A program made the translations under genes and the position numbers. Under the pieces are notes generated by a model. The model was given only the letters and a program-made list of their open reading frames with translations. It did no database searches and was not told the origin of the DNA. A stretch of 64,000 nt of DNA from Octopus vulgaris (taxonomy: Eukaryota): positions 72,292,001-72,356,000 of the forward strand of contig OX597824.1 of NCBI GenBank assembly GCA_951406725.2. Direction: 5' to 3'. Positions 39,933-52,016 of the stretch are shown in pieces (the first letter of the stretch is position 1; the number at the start of each line of letters is the position of its first letter).

Positions 39933-40131
39933 AGGTGGCGAGCTGGCAGAACCGTTAGCACGCCGGGCGAAATGTGTAGCCGTATTTCATCTGCCGTTAC
40001 GTTCTGAGTTCAAATTCCGCCGAGGTCAACTTTGCCTTTCATCCTTTCGGGGTCGATGTAATCAACTTAATCCGTTTGTCTGTCCTTGTTTGTCTCCTCT
40101 GTGTGTAGCCCCTTGTGGGTAGTAAGGAAAT
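39933..40131 (+). mobile_element. SINE family A, internally deleted
   Basis: Flanked by the duplication atatatgtacacataca. Confidence 0.85.
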
Positions 40132-40517
40132 ATATATGTACACATACACACACTCTCTCTCTCTGGAAAGTATTTTGGAAGGGTAACTGGATCAACATTT
40201 TCAAATTCAAAGAGAAGGAGGTAGCTTAATGCTAAGTGTTGAGAGGTTAAAGTATGAAAGAATGGACATGAACAGGTTCCTTGCTGTACAGGAGATACAT
40301 GGAAAGCGGACATTAAATGATGATGATGATACTATGTTGATTTCTTCAATTTCTACAAGTAGAACAATTAGCATTGTACTTTGTGAATAGAAATTACTAT
40401 CTCGTTTCTGCTTAGAGCTTATTTAAATTAAATAAAATTAAAGATACCATAGGTTTGTCATATGTACAATAAATTGTATTTAATAATATTGATATATAAA
40501 AATTTTTTTCTCTATAG

Positions 40518-40561
40518 AATGGTGAGGCAAAGAGTTGGGATTTTATCAAAACTGCTGATAG
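40518..40561 (+). CDS. NUDT14: NUDT14-like exon 2 (NGEAKSWDFIKTADS)
   Basis: Acceptor tttttttctctatag and donor AG|gtaaga. Matches NUDT14 NGAQKSWDFMKTHDS; phase consistent. Confidence 0.93.
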
Positions 40562-40732
40562 GTAAGATGGATATTTCATCAAATTATATTACTTTAGGAT
40601 TCTTACATTCATAAAACTAATGGTGATAGATGTGTGATGATGTATTTATATGAATGACAAAACTGGACGTACTAAGGAAAATGTAACTTGTTTTATGGTT
40701 TGGTGAAGGTAGAATTGTTTTGCTTGTTACAT

Positions 40733-41422
40733 AGGCATAGGAGTGGCTGTGTGGTAAGTAGCTTGCTTACCGACCACATGGTTCTGGGTTCAGTCCCACT
40801 GCGTGGCACCTTGGGTAAGTGTCTTCTACTATAGCCTCAGGCCGACCAAAGCCTTGTGAGTGGATCTGGTAGACGGAAACTGAAAGAAGCCCGTCGTATA
40901 TATGTATACATATATTTCCGTGCCGGTGGCACGTAAAAAGCACGATCCGATCGTGGCCGTTGCCAGCCTCGCCTGGCCCCCGAGCCGGTGGCATGTAAAA
41001 AGCACCATCCATCCGTAGCCGTTTGCCAGCCCCGTCTGGCACTTGTGCAGGTGGCACGTAAAAAGCACCCACTACACTCACGGAGTGGTTGACGTTAGGA
41101 AGGGCATCCAGTCGTAGAAACACTGCCAGATCAGACTGGGCCTGATGCAGCCTTCTGGCTTCCCAGACCCCAGTTGAACCATCCAACTCATGCTATCATG
41201 GAAAGTGGACGCTAAATGATGATGATGATGATGATGATATATATATGTGTGTGTGTGTCTGTGTTTGTCCCCCCAACATCGCTGGTGAGTTTACATCCCT
41301 ATAACTTAGCACTTTGGCAAAAGAGACCGATAGAATAAGTACTAGGCTTACAAAGAATAAGTCCTGGGGTTTATTTGCATGTCCACAATCAAAATGACTG
41401 AAACAAGTAAAAGAGAAAAGAG
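40733..41422 (+). mobile_element. SINE family B with a nested RTE 3' tail (about 40915-41237)
   Basis: B head, RTE 3'UTR ending in (GAT)n, then B tail. Confidence 0.8.
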
Positions 41423-41558
41423 AAATGTCTATTCACTGTAAATTATTAATCATAGCTACATTTTGTTAGTCCGTTTAACATCCGTTTTCCCATACTGACA
41501 TGGGGTTAGATGGTAGTGGGGGCAGGGTGTATTTAAGGTGGGATTTTTTTGTAGCCAT

Positions 41559-41968
41559 AGGCGCAGGAGTGGCTGTGTGGTAAGTAGCTTGCCTACCAAC
41601 CACATGGTTCTGGGTTCAGTCACACTGCGTGGCATCTTCGGCAAGTGTCTTCTGCTATAGCCCCGGGTCGACCAATGCCTTGTGAGTGGAATTGGTAGAC
41701 AGAAACTGAAAGAAGCCTGTCATATATATGTATATATATGCGTGTGTGTGTTTGTGTGAGTGTGTTTGTTCCCCTAGCATTGCTTGACAACCGATGCTGG
41801 TGTGTTTACGTCCCCGTCACTTAGCGGTTCGGCAAAAGAGACCGATAGAGTAAGTACTGGGCTTACAAAAGAATAAGTCCCGGGGTCAATTTGCTCGACT
41901 AAAGGCGGTGCTCCAGCATGGCCGCAGTCAAATGACTGAAACAAGTAAAAGAGTAAAAGAGTAAAGAG
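41559..41968 (+). mobile_element. SINE family B (tRNA head, CORE-like ccttgggcaagt), full length
   Basis: ggcgcaggagtggctgtgtggtaag..gggttcagtc..(gagtaaaa)n tail. Confidence 0.85.
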
Positions 41969-42072
41969 AGTATATGCTCTTCTTGTCACAAAGTCTTCCC
42001 TCTTTCTCAAGTAAGGGATTTTTTTTTTCATTCTAGAGAAATTCAAAAGCACAGAGTTGGCAGATAATTACC

Positions 42073-42380
42073 CTTTTACTTGTTTCAGTCATTTGACTGT
42101 CCATGCTGGAGCACCACCTTTAGTCGAGCAAATCAACCCCAGGACTTATTCTTTGTTACCCTAGTAATTATTCTATCGGTCTCTTTTGCTGAACTGCTAA
42201 GTTACGGGGAAGTAAACACACCAGCATCAGTTGTCAAGTGATGTTGGAGGGACAAACACAGACACACACATATATACATACATATATATATATATATACG
42301 ACGGACTTCTTTCAGTTTCTGTCTACCAAATCCACTCACAAGGCTATTGTAGAAGGCACTTGCCCAAGGTGCCATGCACC
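42073..42380 (-). mobile_element. SINE family B
   Basis: Reverse complement of family B. Confidence 0.85.
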
Positions 42381-42421
42381 AGGCTTATATGTATATTGTA
42401 TCTTATATATTAAAATATCCT

Positions 42422-42795
42422 AGGCGTAAGAGTGGCTGTGTGGTAAGTAGCTTGCTTACTAACCACATGGTTCCGATTCATTCCAACTGCGTGGCACCTT
42501 GGGCAAGTGTCTTCTACTATAGCCTCAGACTGACCAATGCCTTGTGAGTGGAAATGGTAGACGGAAACTGAAAGAAGCCCGTCGTATATATATGTATGTA
42601 TGTTTGTCCCCCCTCCAACATTGCTTGACAACCGATGCTGGTGTGTTTACGTCCCCGTAACTTAGCGGTTCGGCAAAAGAGACCGATAGACTAAGTACTA
42701 GGCTTACAAAGAATAAGTCCTGGGGTCGATTTTCTCGACTAAAAGCGGGGCTCCAGCATGGCCACAGTCAAATGACTGAAACAAGTAAAAGAGTA
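42422..42795 (+). mobile_element. SINE family B
   Basis: Family B consensus. Confidence 0.85.
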
Positions 42796-42977
42796 GTGTA
42801 TCCCCCCTCCCCACTACCATTTTCCCTCACTAGCAATACTTATGTGCTTATGTAAGCAAAAATTAAACAAATCTTAATAGACATATCCTCATCATTTAAT
42901 GTTTGCTTTCCATATTGGCATAAGTTTAACAGTTTGACAGGGGCTGGTTTCTGTGGCTGTATGTTTGATACCCTTAA

Positions 42978-43199
42978 CCCTTTAGCATTTAAACCAGCCA
43001 TATCCGGCCAAAAGTATTCTGCTTGTTTTATGTTCAAACTGGCCATATCTGGTCTCTCATACCAACCCTACAATATTGCTTTATGAATTAACAGCTACCT
43101 CAAAAAAAATCTCATAGCTACAAGATAATGCATGATTAGTTCAAAACAATGTGAATAAAAAAGGATTCATTTTGGCAGAATAATGCAAACACTAAAGGG
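42978..43199. mobile_element. piggyBac-type MITE family 2
   Basis: TTAA|CCCTTTAG ... CTAAAGGG|TTAA. Confidence 0.8.
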
Positions 43200-43363
43200 T
43201 TAATGCCAACCATTTTACATATGCGTGTGTAATTATTTATTGTCATCTTATATTGATTATTTGTACAGTATAATAGAAACGTTTCAGCTGATTTTACCAA
43301 TTAAATAAGAGTTTGGGTATATTTATATCTCTATCTATATACTGTCTATCTATATATGTATAT

Positions 43364-43634
43364 CATCATCATCGTTTAACATCCGTTTTCCGTGCTAGCA
43401 TGGGTTGGACGGTTTGACCGGGGTCTGGGAAGCCAGGAGGCTGCACCAGGCTCCAGTCTGATCTGGCAGTGTTTCTACAGCTGGATGCCCTTCCTAACGC
43501 CAACCACTCGTGAGTGTAGTGGGTGCTTTTTACATGCCACCGGCATAGATGCCAGGGAAAGCTGGCAGCGGCTACAATTGGTTTGTGCTTTTTATGTGCC
43601 ACCGGCACAGAAGCCAGTCAAGGCAGCGCTGGCA
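43364..43634 (-). mobile_element. RTE 3'UTR fragment
   Basis: Matches 58970-59250 in reverse; similar copies at 33880-34115 (+), 44169-44445 (-) and 52305-52590 (-). Confidence 0.8.
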
Positions 43635-44465
43635 TATATATATAAAACTTAACCTTTTCACCTTTACCAACTAAACCAGCAAGAAAGTTTCTGCATAGCT
43701 GTGTGACCTGCCAGAAAGAGCAGCTAAATTTCCCTCAAATTACATCCTACCGTCTTAGAAAACAATAGTCTTCTTAGTTTCTCTGCATATTTGGGAAAAG
43801 ATGAGATAGCCATTGCCAGAATGCCTTTGATCATTGGACTGTTCAGTTGGAACTTTTCTGGGGTTAAACAATGACATTCTCTGATCTTAGAAAAATGAGA
43901 GTTACCCATATAAATTCAGGTGTTTGTGTTTTTGTGTATGGTTTGGTAAGATTCTGTTAAACTGGGTTTCAGACAAGGTTTACTGGTCTTGTTAGTTTGT
44001 CTACTTTGCATTTCTCTTGAGTTTGATAGGTTTGTTTGGCTGCAGTGAGTAATGTGTGTGTTTGGGTGGGGGTGCATGTGTGAGAGAGAGATGGGTTCCA
44101 CTATGTTGAATTTTCCCTGATGCTACATATGAAAATGTGTTTTCATTGATAAATTGTGTATGTATTTATCATCATCATCATTTAGCATCCGCTTTCCATG
44201 CTAGCATGGGTTGGACGGTTCAACTGGGGTTTGTGAAGCCAGATGGCTGCATCAGGCCCATTCTGATCTGGCAGTGTTTCTACGGCTAGATGCCCTTCCT
44301 AACGCCAACCACTCCGTGAGTGTAGTGGGTGCTTTTTACATGCCAGACGGAGCTGGCAAACGGCCATGGACAGATGGTGCTTTTTACGTGCCAGGCAAGG
44401 CTGGCAACGGCCACGATCGGATGGTGCTTTTTACGTGCCACCCGCACTATGTAGATATAGATATA

Positions 44466-45012
44466 CAGAATGTCCCCAAACAATTGACATCATTTGAAAT
44501 GTGAATATCTGAGTAACTACATGTCCTACACAAACGAAATTAAATAGGCTTTACATTGAACAATAAAAGATTTATTTATCAAAATTCAAGCAAGAAATTC
44601 AGAAGGATATAGATTTTATAACTGATTTCACAAAGCTTCACGAATGTTCAATATGTGCGCTGCCTGTGACACAAAACAGGTCAAGTCAGTAGTCCAGCTC
44701 CTGCCAAACATGCTGTAGCATGTCTTATGTAACATTCTCCAGCACCTCAGTGATTCTGTGCTAGAGTTCCTCTAGGCTTGTAGGAAGAGGTGGGATATAG
44801 ACTAGCCCTTTCCTATAGCCCCATAGAAGAAAAAATCACAAGGTGTCAAGTCAGGTGAACGTGGTGGTCATTGAACATCACATTGTTGTTATCAGTGGCA
44901 TGCCTGATCCAAACTTAGTTTTTACACATTTTGTTCAGATTTGAGACCATTTGAGTGAGAATCAGCTATGTTATTGTACTCATAAATGATGTCAATTGTT
45001 TTGGACACCCTG
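44466..45012 (-). mobile_element. Internally deleted mariner-like element
   Basis: TA|CAGAATGTCCCCAAACAATTGACATCATTT ... AAATGATGTCAATTGTTTTGGACACCCTG|TA; minus strand encodes PPRSPDLTPCDFF. Confidence 0.8.
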
Positions 45013-45204
45013 TATATAGTTCAGCTTCATTCTTAATGGTGATCTCTGAATATCTAGAATCTGCTTTCCCAACTACTCATGTTTTTCACTTGGATATCAG
45101 CAACAAAGGGTTCCTGTTAATGTAGACTCAAACCACTACGCCATATGCCTGTGGGCATATGGTGTAGTGGTTTGAGTGACCTGAATACTAATAACAACAA
45201 CAAC

Positions 45205-45235
<31 letters not shown>

Positions 45236-45282
45236 TCAAAAAATACCTTAGGAATGAGAACCCAAGTTCGAAATTTCCCCAA

Positions 45283-45328
45283 GACACCTGAAGAAGGCTG
45301 GAGGGTATATCAGCCGAAACTTTGTGTT
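45283..45328 (+). ncRNA. PLE-type hammerhead motif, sense strand of NUDT14 intron 2
   Basis: GACAC-CTGAAGA-A-GGCTG-loop-CAGCC-GAAAC-TTT-GTGTT. Stem III appears mutated from AACGTT. Confidence 0.6.
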
Positions 45329-46304
45329 AACAACAAACAAGATGAGGACAAATATTCGTCATATGTAAATAATGTACATAATTCCTCATCTCTTAAATAT
45401 AGAACTGTAAGATTCTCTCTACCTCTCATGCCTCTAAATTTATCTATTAACCATGTCATTCTCCAAACACTTTCAACCACCAGCTGCTGTTCAACCCTAT
45501 TTTATCCTCCATTTAGGATATCTAACTTACCTCTCTTCCAACAAAAGTCACTATATGCAGTTTTAATACACACAACTTCTTTTGACTTTCTCAATCATTC
45601 CACACTGATTCTGACTGGGTGTAGAAGTCAAAATTGTTTGCTATACTGAACTGTCTGTATCAGTTGATATCATCACCTACTTATACTTGGTCTGAGCAGC
45701 AACACTCTAAATATATTTGCTGACACTCTACAAAGCACAAGTGTGATCAACAACAGAAAGCTTCCCTAGCATTTGAGATAGTGGTGGTGTCTGATGGGAA
45801 AGTGTGGCAATGGTATGAAGCTGAATGCATCAGGCAAAAGGTAGCCCATCACCTTTACCAAATGCCAACAATGCCGTTTTGCACCCATGTCCGTTTTGTT
45901 CTTCTTTCTCTCTCTCTCTCGTTGGTCCTGTGTCTCTGTACTTATCAGGGTTGTGTCAAAACTGAGGGTGGAAAAAGGTAACAACATTGTCAAATCAATA
46001 AACACCCATAGCGTCCTAAACTGCACCTCTTTGCCAAAAAAAAAACCCATTTACCTAGAGGTTAAAAAAATTCTCTCTCCCCCCACACACACACTCTTCA
46101 GTATGTTGTGTGCAATATCAGGTAATGTTACATAGCTACAATAATTATAATTTTCATATAGCTTGCTTACATAAGATTAATTTATACTTACAGCAGTGAT
46201 AGTTAACTCTGAGAATAGTATTACTAAAGTAATATAGTATTATTGTTACTGTTAGCTAAACAGTACTATTGTTATTGATAATATATTTATTAAAATATAG
46301 TAGA

Positions 46305-46650
46305 TGCAGGCATCGCTGTGTGGTAATAAACTTGCTTCCCAACCACATGATTCTGGGTTCAATCCCACTGTATGGCACCTTGGGCAAGTGTCTTCTGCTT
46401 TGGCCTCAGGCCAACTAAAGCCTTGTGGGTGGATTTGGTAGACAGAAACTGAAAGACACCTGTCGCATATGTGTGTGTGTGTTTATGTCCCCCTAACTTG
46501 GCTGTTCAGCTATAGAGACTGATAGCATAAGTACTAGGCTTACAAAGAATAATTCCTGGGAGTGATTTCTTTGACTAAAACCCTTAAAGGCAGTGCTCTA
46601 GCATGGTCGCAGTCAAATTGACTGAAACAAGTAAAAGAATAAAAGAATAC
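46305..46650 (+). mobile_element. SINE family B
   Basis: Family B consensus. Confidence 0.8.
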
Positions 46651-46950
46651 TAATGAGAATCTTGCATTTTATTTTATTTTAATTTAATAGATATTTTAAT
46701 TTTGAAAATTAGTTTCTGTTTTGTTAGTTTGTATGCACCAAGAAATTTGAAAAACTGTATAATTATAATAATTGTTACCTATATAACATTACCTGTTATA
46801 GGACAGGTAACACTCTAGTACATCCTCAGTCAATAAACTGTATATGTAAGTGTAACTATAGTTGCTTGTATTGTGTGTAATTTTAATTTCTATCTGTTTG
46901 CTTCAATAAAAACTAAACATATATCTTTCTTCTTTACATCTTTACTTCAG

Positions 46951-47015
46951 TGTCTGTGTCTTGTTGTTCAACCGGCAGCGACAAGTTTTGTTGTTTGTCA
47001 AGCAATTCCGTCCTG
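46951..47015 (+). CDS. NUDT14: NUDT14-like exon 3 (VCVLLFNRQRQVLLFVKQFRP)
   Basis: Acceptor tctttacttcag and donor G|gtgagt. Contains the VKQFRP motif of the ADPRase/UGPPase subfamily. Confidence 0.95.
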
Positions 47016-48350
47016 GTGAGTGTTTTTATATTTTTATTTTGTTTTTATTGTTGCTGTGATGGTGGTGGTGGTGGTGGTGGTGGTAGTAGTAGTTTGGTAG
47101 AATCCTTAGAATTTCAAACAAAATACTTTCCAATATGTCTTCTGCTGGCGATCTCATCTTTTTTTGTATATCAGTGACTATATTGTCCAAAGTGTCCTTC
47201 TTCTTTTGAATTAAACTGTAATTTTAGACAGATTTTGTTCTCTTTTCTAGCAGAGAGTGTGACAACATGGGTTTCACTTTTGTCTCATTGATAATGTGTT
47301 TGACATTGGTGTTGTTGGTGTTTAACCCCAGATTGGACAGAAATATACAGAAAGGCTTTCTACACATGATCATCCAATCCTTTTTGCATCTCAGCACAAC
47401 CTATCGCATGGTCAGGTCGTCAGTGACTAAACTGGTAATCCTATTAAGGTTGCTTGGTGAGGAGGGTGATTGTTGGACACCCTGCGGGATGAAAGATAAA
47501 AACCCATCAAAGGGTGGAAGAACTACTGCGGAGTCAACAGCTAATTCAACAAGTACCTTGTCACGGTGAAGTGCCTCTATGCTCCATTGACCCGGAGAGT
47601 GATGCTGGAGGGAGAGAAATCTTCAGGCTATATACATACAAGTGAATGTATTTATGGCCCAAGTTGTGGACTCCAGCACATATTTTCTAAAAGAAGAACA
47701 TAGGATAATTGACTTCCAGATTCTACATTTGTATGTGTGCCTTTTTATTCTATGCATTTCTATGCATTAACTCACCTTAATCTGTAGAAGTCCAGCCAAA
47801 TGTTAGCCATAAAACAGCTCACCAGCACTCTCCAACCCCCTCACACATGTGCTATCTCATTGTGCCTTTTCAATTGCTACTACAATAGCTTATAATTCTT
47901 GTAGGTGGCTATTCTCATGCCACCTTCACCCAATCACACCTGACTTACATATCACCCATATTGTGTGTGCACATCTCACCAAACCCTGCACTAACCACTA
48001 AGACCAATCCTTTTTTCCATGAACATCTGGAATTTCCTGCTTTCCCTCTAGTCATTGACTTGCAGTTATTCAAGATGAACTTCAATAATAACCTTGCAGG
48101 TATTGGAGGACCTGGGATAGCTTTGGACATAACCTATTCCACCAGACCTAATAACATAAAAAAGTTATCTTTTCCTTCAAAAATGTGTACAGTGGATCTG
48201 AACCGAGGCTGTATTCTTTTGGTAGTACAATATTTTATCTTGTTTGTACCGAGAAAATACTACATTGTAATAGTTTCTTTTTTGCCTTCTCCAGATAATG
48301 AGAAACTGTAATGCTCTCAGACAATCTATTAATAGTACTTATTCCTGAAA

Positions 48351-48761
48351 GGCGGCAAGCTGGCAGAAATGTTAGCACACCGGGCGAAATGCTTAGCGGT
48401 ATTTCGTCTGCCATTACGTTCTGAGTTCAAATTCCGCCAAGGATGACTTTGCCTTTCGTCCTTTCGGGGTCGATAAATTAAGTTCCTGTCACACACTGGG
48501 GTCGATGTAATCGACTTAATCCGTTTGTCTGTCCTTGTTTGTCCCCTCTGTGTTTAGCCCCTTGTGGGTAGTAAAGAAATAGGTATTTCGTCTGTCATTA
48601 CATCCTAAGTTAAAATTCCGCTGAGGTCGACTTTGCCTTTCATCCTTTCGGGGTCGATAAATTAAGTACCAGTTATGCACTGGGGTCAATGTAATCGACT
48701 TAATCCCTTTGTCCTTGTTTGTCCCCTCTACGTTTAGCCCCTTGTGGGCAATAAAGAAATA
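48351..48761 (+). mobile_element. Dimeric SINE family A
   Basis: Full unit plus 5'-truncated unit inside one TSD, agtacttattcctgaaa(g). Confidence 0.9.
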
Positions 48762-49278
48762 AGTACTTATTCCTGAAAGTTTTGGTAAATTTGATGTAAG
48801 CAGAATTAACTTTACTCAAATACAAAATGAGATTGATAGAAGACTTTTGAATTAGTAATAACACACCTTATCCAATTGGAAGAGAAGGAGTGTAACCAAG
48901 GTAGACAAACAGATTTATATGGACCATACTGCAAGAGCACAAAAAAATCTCTTCTGACTGCTGCTGCTGCTGTTGTTGTTGTTGTTGTTGTTAAGCAACA
49001 AAATGGGTAAGGGTGATTAGGTGATGGTCTAGGGCTTAGGGGTAGGAGACCCCACACCTTGGGGGAAAAAAAACTTTGGTCTTCTTGTTGTAGTCGAGGG
49101 CTCTTTGTTGATGCCTGACACCACTGGGAGGTGGCCCTCGAAGTCGCTGGAAATGGAGATCTCCAGGTCCAAATTCTTGAATGGCTGCTGCTGTTGATGC
49201 TGTACATTTTTACATTTTATCTCTGTCCTTGGTATTGAGAACTAAGCTAACTTTGTAAATGTTATCAAACTGTTTCAG

Positions 49279-49492
49279 TCATATACATGAACCGAAGTTG
49301 CATGCATGAAGAGAAAGGAGTTCAGAAGATTGACACCACAAAGTACACTGGTGAACTAGGAATAACGACCGAATTGTGTGCTGGCATAGTAGACAAAAAT
49401 ATCTCCTTACAGGAAGTGGTCCAGGCAGAGATCCTTGAAGAATGTGGATACAAAGTGCCTTTGGATAATATCGAAAGAGTTGTGTCCTACAG
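49279..49492 (+). CDS. NUDT14: NUDT14-like exon 4 with Nudix box (..GITTELCAGIVDKNISLQEVVQAEILEECGY..)
   Basis: Acceptor tgtttcag and donor AG|gtaagg. ELCAG..D and EECGY are typical of NUDT14. Confidence 0.95.
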
Positions 49493-49847
49493 GTAAGGAA
49501 GAAAAAGGTTCCCTCAACCATTTAAAATCTTAGGAATTTAAATGTTGATGTTTAATTACATATCTATCTTTACATTCAGTTCTCTTGCATTAAAAAATTT
49601 GATAAAGCTGGTTAATTTTGCATGTTTCCATAATTCTGACATAAAATATTCAGGTTTTGATTTTTGGCATGTTTTATTTTGGATGGTATCCTAGTGGTAT
49701 CCCTCTCTTCTCTAATGACTCATGGAAATTTTGAGTTATCAAAACTCTAAGTCTTAATGTCAAACCATGACTCCTCTTCTTTCTATGTTCAGTGGTGAAC
49801 AGTGCCTTGCAGTCACCCAGATTAATTTTATAGTATTTGTCTATCAA

Positions 49848-50203
49848 GCACAGGAGTGGTTGTGAACCACATGGTTCTGGGTTAATTCCCACTGCGTGGC
49901 ACCTTGGACAAATGTTTTCTACTATAGCCTTGGGCCAACCAAAGCCTTGTGAGTGGATTTGATAGACGGAAATTGAAAGAAGCCCATCATGTATGTGTGT
50001 GTGTGTGTTTGTCCCCCCCCCCCCCCAACATCACTTTATGACCGATGCTGGTCTGTTTATGTCCCCGTAACTTAGTGGTTTGGCAAAGGAGACTGATAGA
50101 ATAAGTACTAGGCTTACAAAGCATAAGTCCTGGGGTCGATTTGCTCGACTAAAGGCGGTGCTCCAGCATGGCCACAGTCAAATGACAAGCGAGTAAAAGA
50201 GTA
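49848..50203 (+). mobile_element. SINE family B
   Basis: Family B consensus. Confidence 0.8.
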
Positions 50204-51317
50204 TCGAGCTACATGAATGGATCTATAGATATGGCTTAGAAAGAACCAGGCTGTGATGGTTGATTTGCTCTAGCTACATGAAGGAATATATTTTTAAATA
50301 TTTAACCTGATATTTTATGGCACCTATTATGTTTGGTTTTTAGCTCTAAACATTTCTCTGTCGATAATGTCTTGAACTACATAATTTACAGGTTGGCATT
50401 TCGTTTCCTGTTCCAACTCTCTATAGTGAAGGTACTTAATTCTCACATGAAACTTAATCTTAAAGAAAATGGTTGACTGCCTGAGTTGTTCCCCCTGGTG
50501 TTGAAGCGCGCCTCAACAAAACATCAACTGGCTGCTCACCAACAAGTTCACTTCTTTCTGTTAGTTAAAATTATATATATATACATACACAGGCGCGGGC
50601 GGTGCTCCATTATGGCCGCATTCAAATGACTGAAACGAATAAAAGAATATGTGTTAATATATATAAATTCAGCAATGTAACTACACGTGCTGTTGGCAAT
50701 TTTTTTTCCCCATCTTTGGACTTTTCCCTTTCTCCTTTCCAACAAAGAGCTATGCTTGAAGCATCAAACTCTCTCTTTTCACCAAACATCAAGCTAATAC
50801 ATTCCTTGTGCATGTCCTCTTGTTCTCAGTTAATTTTATTAATTTATTCGAATTGGCTATACATATATATGTATGTGTGTGTGTCTGTGTGTTTGTTTAT
50901 ATTTGTGCTTCTCTGAAAATACTGAGCTGTAAGCCATGATGCTATTTCCCCTGTTGATAAATCATCTACTGGCTTTGCCTTCAAAGAAATGTAGTCCAAG
51001 AAATCCATTCCTTGTAAAACAGCAGCTAAAGGCTAGTGACAAAAAGGATATCTGGCTGTAAAACAATGCCTGAATGATATTTTCATCTAACACATGCTAG
51101 CATGGAAAAAATGGATGTAAAAATAAATGTGAAATATGTGTGTGTTAATTATCTCTCTCTTTCAACCCATTAGTTAACACTTTGCTTCAGAAACTCTAGC
51201 ATAACTGTTAAATGCAGAGTGACTCTAAACAAACACAGATGTGTTTGTGTGTGTGTGTATGTATATGTGCATTCACACATGTATAGAAACTTTTAGTGAG
51301 CAATATAAACATCTAAA

Positions 51318-51545
51318 AGGTGGCAAGCTGGCAGAACCGTTAGCACGTCAGGTGAAACACGTAGCTGTATTTCATCTGCCGTTACATTCTGAGTTCAAAT
51401 TCCGCCAAGGTCAACTTTGCCTTTCATCCTTTCAGGGTCAATAAATTAAGCACCAGTTACACACTGGGGTCGATGTATTCGACTTAATCCCTTTGTCCTT
51501 GTTTGTCCCCTCTATGTTTAGCCCCTTGTGGGTAATAAAGAAACA
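51318..51545 (+). mobile_element. SINE family A just upstream of exon 5
   Basis: Family A consensus; TSD tataaacatct. Confidence 0.85.
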
Positions 51546-51591
51546 AGTATAAACATCTGAAACTAACACTGGTTCTTTTTCTCTTTTGCAG

Positions 51592-51820
51592 AGGGGGTGT
51601 CAGCACTACAGGTGCACTCGTTACGTTTTTCTATGCTGAGATCGATGACAAAATGAGGGTCAGCAAGGGAGGAGGGGTTCCAGAGGAAGGAGAGATGATT
51701 GAACTTTTGGAAGTCCCTGTGACAAACGCTAAAGCATTTGTGATGGATGAATCTGAGCCTAAACCTGGTGGCTTACATTTTGCGATATATTGGTTTTTTG
51801 ATACAAAATGGAAGGAGTGA
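51592..51820 (+). CDS. NUDT14: NUDT14-like terminal coding exon 5 (GGVSTTGALVTFFYAEIDDKMRVSKGGGVPEEGEMIELLEVP..WFFDTKWKE*)
   Basis: Branch-like ctaac, then acceptor ttctttttctcttttgcag; GGG..EEGE.IE motif; TGA at 51818-51820. Spliced CDS is 81+44+65+214+229 = 633 nt, open, 210 aa. Confidence 0.95.
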
Positions 51821-52010
51821 AATATGTATATATGCACTATATAATTAAACATATTTGCATATTAATGAACCGGTCTTCAATCACCTTTCAATGTACACAC
51901 ATTATCATATACCTGCTCACATATATATATATTTATCATGCATATGTATACATATGTAATATGCTTATATATTCAAGTACCAGTAAAGATTTGACATTGT
52001 CTAGATTAAT

Positions 52011-52016
52011 AATAAA
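52011..52016 (+). promoter_or_regulatory. Candidate polyadenylation signal of NUDT14
   Basis: First AATAAA seen after the stop codon, about 190 nt downstream. Confidence 0.4.
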
